Below, in pieces: positions 52,334 through 63,401 of a stretch of DNA of 64,000 nt. The DNA lies in the NCBI GenBank assembly GCA_973895155.1, contig OZ316893.1, forward strand, positions 23,582,015 through 23,646,014, given 5' to 3'. Source of the DNA: Marsupella aquatica. Lineage: Eukaryota > Plantae > Marchantiophyta. A program made the position numbers and the translations under genes. The notes under the pieces were generated by a model that worked only from the letters and a program-made list of their open reading frames with translations, did not search any database and was not told where the DNA came from. Every line of letters begins with the position of its first letter. Position 1 is the stretch's first letter.

Positions 52334-54987
52334 CTAATGCCTGGCACGCTTGCCAGAGCCGCCCGAATGGGAACGGCCATCCCGCTGCCTTCGAAGCCTG
52401 TCATTGTCCGCTTTGAGGAGCTGGACCTCGTCCAGCAGAGATTCATTCTCTCGCCTCGCCACGTCCGTCTCCTCTGCTACCTCCTGACATGCCTCCTCCA
52501 GCTACTGGGCGTCGCTCGTCAGTTTACCCGCAAGCTGGTCCTGCTTCTCGGCCTCGGTTTGGAGCCGCGCTATCTCGGCCTGCAGCGTGGCTATCTCCGC
52601 CGTTTCCCGCTGGGCTCGCTCCTCGGCCTCCTCCAGGTCTTTCTGCCAGGTGACAGCTTGTTTCTTCAAACTATCAATCTGGTTCCGGAGTCGTGTAATC
52701 TCGGCCTCATTCCCAGCTTTGGCCTGTTCGGCTAGGGCGGTAAGAGCATGCGCCTTTGCTAACAACTCATCGGCGGCTGCAACCTTGGGTCGTAGTTGCA
52801 GAAGCTCAGCCTCTTGAGCCGCCACTTCGTTCTTTAGGTACACGGACTCCACCCGGTATCGCTCTATCCTCTGAAGGGTCTCCGACTGGGCCCGACCTGC
52901 CTTTACGGCAGCAACCAACTCCTGATTGAAGAAACAGGCTACCTTCCGGGCCATGAACTCCCCGGTATCCCGGGCAATTTGATGAGAGAAATCTCCCAGA
53001 AGCCCGTTCAGAAACGTACCCTATACGAAGAGTTCCGGGTGGTCCAAGTTGTGCCTATCCGGATTTGGGCACGGGCAGACGTCAACACGCGCAGGGGCCG
53101 GGGCAGTGACGTCCAGCCCTGGGGACATAACGTTGGAAGGGGCTGGAGTGTCCTCCTGTAGCAATGTCCGGTTCTACGGAATTGCCACCGGTGGGTCCTT
53201 GGGAGACCCGGGTTCGGGTAAGACCTCTGCCGTACCAACTTCTGTACTTAGCCCGGCTAGTTGGGTCGCATCAATGGTTGCGACAACCGACCCCTCCAGC
53301 GCCTCCTCGGTTACGATTACAGCTATTTGTGGAGGTGGGGTGGGTGAAGCTGGCGTATCCGCTGGACTTCGGGCCTCGGGTTGGGGCCGTCTCTCCAATG
53401 CCGGAAAACCCACCTAGCTGGGACCAGCTTTGTAACGTTGATGCGGGGAAGGGTTTGTCGATCAAACCGGGCGTACCACTCAAGAATGATTTTGATGTGG
53501 CTAGCAAAATACACCTTCCCGCCAATGTACAGCGTCTTCCTTCGCCGCTCCATCTCTTCATGGAATTTTTTAGCGAAGTACGACGCCCATTTCCTAGGTC
53601 GATAGTTCTCGACCTGGATAACCTGGGCGGCGGAGATCTCCCCCCGGGGTTCCATCATGTGGAGAGCGTACCTTTGGAACTCCAGCCGCTCAGCTATCTC
53701 GGGCATGAGGCAGGTCCTCATCACGAACCCGTTGTCTACTGCTCCCTCTAAGGGAAAACTTGAAGATTGGTACTTGGCCCCCTTGCCCCCGGGAGCCCGT
53801 GATTCGACTCGATGGTCACCTTCGGGTAACCCGAAGATCATCTTGAGTCGTTCTTCTGTGAGGGACATATTCCTTCCCCGCAGCCCAGTCTGTTGACGTA
53901 CGTCGTCATAATTCTTGACGAATTCTGTCATGTCCTCCCCGTAGTACCTGCAAGTGTTCCAGGGGAGAGAGGTGAGGTGCTCAAATCCCTGAGTCTTCAG
54001 GTACATCGCATGCTTGGGATGGAGGATGTTGCTGTGAACGTTTTCCCCCATGCGGTGCATCGTCACCTTGGCTACGGCTACCGTGGCCAACGGTAACCCG
54101 GATGCAGTGGCGGATTCCTTCCTCTTCTTTCCCCGTGACTGACTCGGGGAAGGTGATACTTCCCCATCCTCCTGATCGGGCCTGGGGAGTGCCACTGCCG
54201 TTGGTAACGGGCCCGGGGCGGCCACGGTCACCATGTTGTCTGCTGGGGCCGCTCCTGGGGTCAGAGCAGGGGGTGGGGACGATATAGTGTCGGCCCCCCG
54301 AGCGCTTGTTCCTCTGGGCCGCCTGGTCAAGGGTGGGGTAGCCTCGTCGTCATCACTAAGATCCACAGCGTTGATGACGGAGCGTACCTGTGCTGGCTGG
54401 GTGATAGGTGGTGGGGTTTGGCTAGGCTGCGGCTGAGGCTGAAGCTGAAGCTGAGCCTGAGGTTGAGGCTGGGGTTGCATGGGCACGGGTACGGGTACGG
54501 GCACGGCTGAGTTGGTCATGTTGGTTGATGGCCGAGTTCCCATGAAGCTCTGCAGGTGCTGGTAGAAGTTCTTCGAAGCGAGTGCGGACGCCCTTGTCGA
54601 ACGGTTGGTACTGGACTCGCCGTTAATGACAGCCCAAGCCTGGGCAGGGATGTGGTCGAAGTGATGTCGCTGCAGGTCAATTATACCCGGGATATGGAAG
54701 ACCTCGTCCGGAAGCCGAAGCAATGCTTCCTAGAAACCGATATATTTGTCTCCGTTGAAGAAGTACCCAGATACCTCTGCTGGTCGGTAAAGCTCACTCT
54801 GAGACGGGTAGTCAAAGTTAAGGATGTAGTGGTGTCGTCCTGCTAGGCGGATGGCTCTCTCGTATTCGCGTTCGATTTCGTATCGACGCGGGTTGGCGTG
54901 TTTCAATGAATCGGCCAAGTGCCTTCCGGTAGATAGGAACTGCATCCAGAATCGAATGGCCGAGCTGGAGAGGATCGTGTGCGACAT
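52334..54987 (-). pseudogene. ~880-codon gene homologous to 31585-33807
   Basis: ORF pieces linked by in-frame TAG stops and one frameshift near 53415; LHMMEPRGEIS..KWASYF..IGGKVYFASHIKIILEWY matches LHMIEPRSEIS..NWAQFF..IGGKTYLGSHIAIILAWY. Confidence 0.85.
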
Positions 54988-55085
54988 TCAGAGGAGATAG
55001 TAGTGGCGACCTAGAGAGAACGAGAGAGCTGGGGTCGAAGCTGGCGCGCGGACTGATGGACTGGTGCACTACAAAGGGTTGGCTC

Positions 55086-55095
55086 CCCTTTTATA
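55086..55095 (-). promoter_or_regulatory. TATA box (TATAAAAGGG) upstream of the element-internal gene
   Basis: CCCTTTTATA on the plus strand, about 100 bp before the ATG at 54987 and about 360 bp inside the element end. Confidence 0.55.
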
Positions 55096-56009
55096 CTTTG
55101 AGGGCTTGTCGATCCCCGACGTCTCCTCGACGCCCATAGGCTGAACCGCTCACGCTTGTGGTGTACCGACCACTCCGCCGGTCTGAGTCAGCATGCGTCA
55201 GTGGCCGCTTCCTTAAGTTCGTTATACGGACCCGAGGGAGGGGCCCTTCCACGCTCGTAACCCGGGTGTGCGAATAGTGACCCGCCGCCAGCCCGAACCT
55301 GAAGTCCCCCTTATTGCCTAATGATGTCCTACCCCTAATGATTACCTAAATACTGTCGTTATGCTAATAATAGCGGCCTAAGACATACCTAACGCGCGTG
55401 CCGAGCGCAGTTAGACTGAATCACTCATTAACCGCCGTACCGGCGGCGTCACAAAGCATTTCCAACAAACAGAGGCAATGGCAGACGTTGAATATTTTCA
55501 GCGATGGCCGCTACATTAAATGTCGGACCTCAAGAAATCAACGTCTAAACACGGAACACAATGATCATAGGCAGCGCTCGGCGCTAGCTCAAATCTAGGA
55601 ATCAATGAATGACCATGAAAGAACAAGAGAGTCGATCCAAAAGTGCATTCCTTAATTCCAAAATTGGTCAAAACATATAACTGGTATTACACCATCCGCA
55701 GATCATCTTCAAATCAACCCACGGCAAAACATGAACATAAGCAGCGCTCGGCGCTAGCTAAAATCTAGCTATCTTAAATGTAGCCCGCCCTGGCCCGTAT
55801 GTGCTTTATCTTGACCTGAGCCGCACATAACAGGGCCGCTGATCCAAAATGGGCCAAAGATGGAGCCGGAAATACATGAACTTAGAATCACCCATAGAAG
55901 AAATCCCATGGTCCAAGACGAACAAAAGCAGCGCTCGGCACTAGCTTAAATGGAAAGCCTATGGCCACTGAAGCTTGTGTCACTGAAACCATCTCCGTCG
56001 TGATTAACT

Positions 56010-57223
56010 TTAGCTCTGCGATTGGCAGTCGTCGTCGATGCCCGCCCTGGCACGTCTGTGGTTTTGCTTGAAACCTAGACCCCTGAGACGCACATAAGAA
56101 GACGAGGGGCACCGAAACTCCGAACTCTGATTCCCGGGGTCTGGAACATTTGTATCTAGGAAGTCAACACGTTCCAGTCGCTCTTGTACTCGTAGCTCAA
56201 TAGGCTGAATACCATCAGCAGGAACGAGAGAATGAAATGAAAAACGATCAACAACTACGAGCGGAGTGTCCCGGTCATTAATCCAAGGTAAGTTCCTCTC
56301 CCCGGGACTAATCGCCTCATCATAAGGAAGAGAAAAACAATTCTGGAAGGTCGAGGTCTCGCTGGATGTGTCACCATGAATGGACTCGAAGGAGCTAAAG
56401 TGACTCTCGTCCGGTCGAACTCTGGAAGGAGCAAAGAAGGCAAGCATCTCCTCCAAAGACATGATCTCCTTCTTCTCCATCTGGTGGGCACTGGTAAACG
56501 CAATCGAAGCTAATGACAAGACCGGTGGTGTTGAAAAGACTCAACTTCGAGAGAGGTTGTGTTCGAAATACCTTGCAATAGCGACCCAATGGAGAGTTTA
56601 GGTTCGGAGATCCTAAAAAACGTATCACAGAAAGGTTCAACGCAAAAAAGACCGTTGAGAAAGAGACGACTGTTCCGAGAGCGACAAAATATGCGGGGCC
56701 AAGGAACGGACGGAGGATTCAAAATTCGCAAGTAGAAAAATAGACGTTTGGGGAGCGCCCGGCGCTAGTAAGGGAAATAATGAATTTAATCCATTTTATT
56801 ATCAATGTAATGTAAACAAATCATATGTAATATGATAGATAAATGGATTAAGATAACAGCGCCCGGTGCTGGTAAGATGTAAGCCAAAAAAACTCTTTAA
56901 GAATCGGACGATTCCGATTCGGAGCTCTGTGACCTCTCGGTAGAGACTGCCTCATCATCTACATACTTGCTCCTACAAACGTCGTCTACATAAGGATTTC
57001 GGACAAATTTCCTATCAACTCCTCTTCGTAGCCGAAGACCTTTGTTTTCCCAACAAAGAGTCCTCTGATTGTCTTCCATTCTTGCAGCATTCTCAGCGTA
57101 AGAGGGTAACACAAATGGTTTCTCCGGAGTGACAATTTCAAAACGAGCTACCTTTCTTCTGAGTTTGAAGCGTCTTCTCGTATTCCATTCGGACCTGGGT
57201 GAGAATAGAAGTTCGTCAACCAA
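56010..57223 (-). other. Two short ORFs or exons of unknown function (56010-56519, 56897-57223)
   Basis: Open frames of 169 and 108 aa, co-oriented with neighbouring genes; no recognisable motif. Confidence 0.3.
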
Positions 57224-59565
57224 TTGTATGAATGGATATCACAAAGCCATGAAGGAACTGGAAAGGAGAAAGAAGCTTACGAGTTTCAGAACATTACTCG
57301 GAAGAGTCATCACTGTCACTCTGGCCAGCGGATTGTTCCTGACCCTTCCCCTCAGGTGTGCCATCTTCATCTTCGTCTGCTGTACCACCACTTGACTCAT
57401 CGTCAGAGTCAAAATTGAGTACAGAACGGAGCTTGTCCCTCTTTTTCTTTTCGGGTGGCTGAATTGGGGGTGGCAAAGTTTCAACTTCCTTTGGAGAAAG
57501 TAGATCTAAGAACACCTTGGAACCAGTCTCAACAAAATCTTTCCTATTCTCCACTCCAATTACAAACCTCCCAGAATAGTCTCCAGCTACAAAAGAGCTG
57601 CCCGATCCCACTGTCCAATCCATGAAAATATCCCTCGGACGAGTGATGAGCTCAATCACAGATTGCATGAATCCAACAAATAATCGGGCATTTCCAGCAA
57701 ATTCCATCTCAGGTGTTGGATCGACTTTGAGAGAGGGAAGTCCAATTAAATTTGTTATTGAGGGATCTTCGGTGGCAGACAGAGGTCTAAACCTCGAGTC
57801 TTTTGGCACCTTCCCTTTTTCAGACAATTGAGAGAAGACGTCCAGCCTCAGCGTGAAGATCTGTAATATAACCCAAGCAAGGTATGTCAATGGATGCATT
57901 TGTAGACAATTTTTTAATGGAAAACCAGATGTCACGATGAGAAATTTACCTGTCGATCAGTCTTTGGCGCGTACATTGGAACTGACATGACAACATTGTG
58001 TGACGAGATGCAATGAAACTTCTTTGAATCTTGACAAGCCGATATAACCTGAGACATCGGATCGTATTCCCCGTTATGTAAAATGGCCAGCATTCCGTCA
58101 TCAGATAAAAATGGGTCCATTCCACCAAAGAAAGATGTGGCCAAAGTGTGGTCAGGGACATTCCATTTAGGAACTTTTCTGTCTAGCAGAGATGGTTTAA
58201 GTCCTGTTGGAAGGTAAATGAACCCGCGTGGACCCCAAACGATCTCTCCTTTCCACCACGCACAACGCCCTTCTCTCGAAAGCCAGACTTCATGAGATCC
58301 TTTCCCCACTTCTCTACACCATTCACCCAGTCAGGCTTCTCCCCTTTGTTAAACGTTGAGTCGTAGAATTTTGAGATGCTAGATTCAACAAGGCAATGCC
58401 TTGAAAGTCTACTCTTGAAGTCCCCGACTTCGCGTTGAAGACCTACAGCAGCAGCACTTTCTCGAGAAGAAGATCCACCTTCAATGGTCCTTTTTCTCTT
58501 CTTCCTTGTACTAGTAGCATCCACTGGAGCGATCGCCTTCCCTTTGTCGGTGGGAGTAATTGGATCGGATGGTGCTCCGGTATTGGCTTTTGAAGCCTCT
58601 GGGGTGGCATCTATCTTTGTATCTCCGCTCCCCACGGCGTCCGACTTTCTTCCTGTTCAAATGGATGTCGACGTGATATCCGTCAATAAAGAGACAACGA
58701 CAATGCTAACGCCCAGCGCTGGCCAAACTATCATAAGACTTGGCCTTAAATATACATCTTTCCGAGTAATAAATACCAATTCTGTTTCTAAAACAATGAC
58801 TCTCATAACAGCGCCAGGCGCTAACAATGTAACAGATTTTGACATAAGCAGCGTCGGGCGCTAACCAAATGATATTGACAGATATTGACTGCCATAGCAG
58901 CGCCGGGTGCTAACCAAAGGAAACAAATTATACTTAACACGATTTCGGACCGAACGAGAACTATTTCCTCTAAACGAGAAGTGTATTTTCATTTTCCGCC
59001 GAATCTCGCGAAATCGACAGTTTTTTTCATCAAAAACACGTTTTTGGGGAAATAATGTAATTCGTATCGGAATTCGGATTGAAACAGCAAATTTAATAAT
59101 GATCAAAACCAATGAAATTCATGCTAACAAACATTCATATTATCAAGGAACAATTAGATCCGAAAAACTTTCTCCTCAACCTCATATTCACGCTCTCCGA
59201 AGATATATGAAAGGTCTTATCTATAAATCCATATCCACATTTCAAGCCAAGTGCGATAACTGTATCGGACTCCGGATTTGAGCCACGAAAGCTCCGACCC
59301 AATCTCAGTTTTCTCAGTTTTTGGATATTTACCAGAAATATTTTACATCACAGTCGATAAGAATTACTGCACGGTTCGTCAAACTTACCTTGTAGTTACC
59401 TCCGCAATTGACCAGTTACCTCCGCAAGTGACCATAGTCAACATGCCATTCTTTCAACTGCAATGCGCAGTCCGATAAAATTATCACGAAAACTACGGGC
59501 GACAAAAATACTAGTCGACAATACTAAGATCCTTCGGTTCATCGGTTAAATTTCAAAATTCCTAT

Positions 59566-59947
59566 CCATATGAAGAAAACTCTTCGCAATACCAACATCA
59601 GATAAATTTATCGCTTCAATTTCAAATTGCAACTTCCATATGAAGGAACCACTTTTGCAATACCAACATCAGATAAATTTATCGCTTCAATTTCAAATTG
59701 CAACTTCCATATGAAGGAACCCCTTTTCCAATACCAACATCAGATAAATTTATCGCTTCAATTTCAAATTGCAACTTCCATATGAAGGAACCACTTTCGC
59801 AATACCAACATCAGATAAATTTATCGCTTCAATTTCAAAATTGCAACTTCCATATGAAGGAACCACTTTTGCAATACCAACATCAGATAAATTTATCGCT
59901 TCAATTTCAAATTGCAACTTCCATATGAAGGAACCACTTTTGCAATA
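59566..59947. repeat. Tandem repeat, 71-bp unit, about 5.4 copies
   Basis: CCATATGAAG anchor at 59566, 59636, 59707, 59778, 59850 and 59921; full units contain GATAAATTTATC. Confidence 0.95.
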
Positions 59948-60531
59948 ATCACCCTATTCATTAAAAGTGTATTTCATTTTGTTCACTTTTAGGCCTCGAA
60001 ATGTTCACTTTTTGGTCTTTAAATGTACACTTTTTAAACCCAAAAGATACAATATGGTATAATACTCGACACTTAAATGATCAATTGTAAATTTGAGGGG
60101 GCAAAAATGATCTTGACTAGAAGGAGCCTCATCTTAGTTCATTTACAAAGGATGAACATGGTGGTACATCTCATGGCCATCACCTTTATTTCTTGCCCAA
60201 TTGTACACTTTTTGAAGGCCAAATGTACATTTTTTATTGCCTAAATGTTCATAAATTGAATAATAATTCACTTTTAATGAATAGATTGATAATACCAACA
60301 TCAGATAAATACACTCTGAACCACACAACCCGAAGTCAGGGGAGGCAGAGTCAATTACATTCAAAGTGTTTCTTTACAAGCTCTTCTCAAGCAAACCTTA
60401 GAGCACCCAAAATCGACTAGAGGAATGAGGAGTGCGATAAATTTATCGGATGTTCGCAGCAATGCCTCATCCACTCAGACTCGTCCATGCCATGCAAGAA
60501 TTGTCCGCTTCCCGCTTTCTCCAAGATTTAT

Positions 60532-61023
60532 TCAAACTCTACGAAACTGATCTAACTGCTCATACGAAAAGCACCCAAGCATATCTATGGGAGGGAGGAA
60601 ATGAGTTTCCTCTTGGAAGACCCTAGCAATATGTATGTTTGAGAGAAGGTCGGCATTAGGAATGCTTGCGAGCATTTTGTTTATGTCATTGATCTCACTG
60701 AGTGCATATTTCAATAGCGCCCAAAATCGTGTACCAACAACAAGATGGTTCCATTTCTTTGAGGTGGCTCCAAGACAAATGATTGTTCTCATTCGAGTCA
60801 GTCGTTCTTCTGGTAGAAGTTTTAGGTCAAGGCCAAGGTGTTCATCTTGTGTGCAAGACAAGGCTAGGAGGGGCCAAATGTGAGATTCAACGAGTTGATC
60901 GGGAAGTCCATTCAACAAACTTCCACATTCCACACCGGGCACTTTTCCTTGAATATATTTCCTACGCTCGTGGGCTAAAACGGATCCCATCTTTGGAACG
61001 ATTAGATTCTCCAATGCAGCCAT
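60532..61023 (-). CDS. Small F-box-like protein
   Basis: 163-aa ATG-initiated ORF with LLNGLPDQLVESHIWPLL...CLGATSKKWNHLV. Confidence 0.5.
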   Translation of the reverse strand: MAALENLIVPKMGSVLAHERRKYIQGKVPGVECGSLLNGLPDQLVESHIWPLLALSCTQDEHLGLDLKLLPEERLTRMRTIICLGATSKKWNHLVVGTRFWALLKYALSEINDINKMLASIPNADLLSNIHIARVFQEETHFLPPIDMLGCFSYEQLDQFRRV

Positions 61024-63401
61024 GAAGCAGAGTTACCAAAACCACCAATAAAAATACCTTCAATCACCAGGTGTAACCGAACACATCCACAATACCAACC
61101 CTGCACGACAGTTTAACGATTAGGACTCGTGACATATTATATTCGCTGCGCAAGGGTAGGACTTGTTTATTTAAATATGTCCTTACAAGATGCGCCTCAA
61201 TGAAAAGGTCGAAACACTCATCATGAAAGGTTCACCCAAGGGTCTTCGTTCCAAATCTTACAATAGAAGTGAGCCTGTTTGTGGTACTTGTTGTCAAGAT
61301 GACGACAACAATAGTTACAAGAAAACTCCAAAGAATGTAAACACGCCGTTAACATCAACCTCAAACAAATTGGAACTCCTGCATCATTCATTCCGCAGAA
61401 TTCAATGCGGAGAGGATTCTGCCTATCTCCGGGATCAGTACCACCCATCCACAATGCTCCTATACCGATGGGGAGAACTTTGAGTCGCACGAGTCTCTTG
61501 TACAACCGGCGTGCACGTTTGACACGATTTTCAAGGAAGACAGCCATTTGTCACAATACCTGTTGTCCACGGAGTGCAATCGACCTTCCGTTGTGCCTCC
61601 TAAACCCGGCAACACTGCGACATCAGAGATGAAGATGAGTCTCCAAACAAAACAAAGGAAAATTATTCTCACAGGAGGATGCGATAAGTTTATCGCACTC
61701 CGCATTCGAATTGAAAATATGACTTCCTCAGACACCTAAGCCCTGAATTCAATCTTTCACAAAAATGACAACTCCGATAAATTTATTGGATTCTCAATTA
61801 CTCCTCTTTCCATGAAAGGAATGAAGACTCCAATAAATTTATCGGAATGAAGGTAACACCTCTCTAAACACTGGATCAAATGATTGCAACAGAGGAATTC
61901 AGAATGCGATAAATTTATCGCAGTCTGCTCGGATCTGGACATTTTACACGAAATGACTAGTTAGTCTTACATGGAGAACTTGAACAGGAATGGCTATTCC
62001 GATAAATTTATCGGGTTTTCGGTAGAAAGAGTTGAATCGCTTGGGAGGAATGTAAGACTTGATGGGAGTTTGGTATTCGCTCTCAGTCAGGAGATATTTG
62101 CTCTGGCGAAAGCAAACGTTTTATGGGCAGCCCGCTCCTCTTTATGGAGACGCTCTAAACCATGGTTAATTTCCCCTTAACCATGGTTAAGTTTCCCCTT
62201 TATTTGGGTTAGTGCGTGGTCGTTCCTGGATTACGCGGTTCGGACCAAGTTACTCGCAGTTCGGACTTTTTCACTGACAGAATGTAAAACCCGATGCCCG
62301 TATCGCTCCCTGCATTCCCGCGACGATGCAATGGAGGAAAGTGGCATTTCAGAGAGTTTTTGCCAGTTTTATCGGTCATTGCATTGCCTTAGAAAAAAAA
62401 TGGGATCGGGCTAAACGAGAACTCCAACACACTTCTCGGTCGGTCCGAAATCGTGTTACTTACGTTTTTTCCCAGATCTTGTTGATTCACTTGGGGCCGT
62501 AGTATCTGCTTTTGCTTTGGCGCGAGGCTTCCTGCTTCGGTCAACATGAACAATTGTTGTCTCGCATATTGTTTGCAATTCTGTTGTGGATTGATCCACA
62601 TCATCCAAAAGCCCCTGCTTCATGTCAGAAACAACATTGACTGGAATCTGGGACTTAGACAGCTTATGGAAAGCATCCTTTTCTCTGTGATCAAAGGGAG
62701 AGTCCCATCTATCTGTATCCAGGTACCATGGACAATGGGTTCTCTCCCATTCACTCAAAGGTCTTGCTGGGAAAATTCCCTTGGTAGGATACATAGAATA
62801 CAATTCAACTAAAGAATTACTCTCCGGTATGACAGTCCACTTGAGGAAGGCTACGGGATACGCCCAGAAGTAATAAGGATTGGTAGCCTCCATGTGGATG
62901 TAAAAATGGTAGAGATACCGTTTTGCTCGCTTCTGGTTCTTCAAAGAATAATCCTCTTTGTCAGGATACTTCGAGGGCCACATTGTATTAAAAAACTTAC
63001 CCTTGACAGAGTCACCGTATTTCCTAAAATCATTCGTAACTATTTCAATGAGAGATTCGAATGATTCACATGCCCAATCTTGTAAGCGATTCACGGGAAT
63101 GGTTTGTTGGACCTCTCGTAGAGCACATTGCAACATCCCCACCGCAATCCCTTCTACATTATTCCATGTAATCCAAGTGTGACACCACTGTTTGACTGGA
63201 TCATCATTGACGCTATTTGGATGGAAGAATTGTCTCCGGAGCTCCGGATTGCAATGTGCTACAAGCAAAGTACTTCGTAGCTTGGCGTCAAGAGCCGAAA
63301 CAGCTGTAAAAAGCCTGGCCCGGTCCATGGTACACAACACGGTATCTGGTTTCTTCTCTCGCTTATTCCTCTCCGTGATAGCATACATCTATGCGCACGT
63401 A

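Larger units (their letters stand above)
51437..55453 (-). mobile_element. 4017-bp TGT...ACA element (solo-LTR-like) with an internal gene
   Basis: Begins TGTCA, ends GTCACA; 5-bp TSD AAGCA (51432-51436, 55454-55458); no internal LTR pair and no gag/pol motifs seen. Confidence 0.9.
59460..62387. mobile_element. Candidate nested DNA element in the 3.8-kb intron
   Basis: Imperfect inverted ends GCAATGC-n5-CCGATAAAA and TTTTATCGG-n5-GCATTGC; possible 2-bp CT duplication; internal CGATAAATTTATCG palindromes. Confidence 0.45.
57294..63401 (-). pseudogene. Spliced gene ending in a beta-class N4/N6 DNA-methyltransferase-like domain; 5' part cut by a CACTA insertion
   Basis: Exons 62464-63401, 57950-58652 and 57294-57860 have phase-compatible GT-AG junctions. 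Motif I region IELITRPRDIFMDWTVGSGSSFVAGDYSGRFVIGVE; degenerate motif IV region VHAG-FIYLPTGL..PKWN..LSDDGMLAILH; 1-nt frameshift near 58222. Confidence 0.62.

Noticed and set aside
59566-59947. CRISPR-like array
   Set aside because: Units are near-identical along their whole length with no unique spacers; eukaryotic context and no cas genes. The same applies to the 37.7-kb and 42.5-kb arrays.
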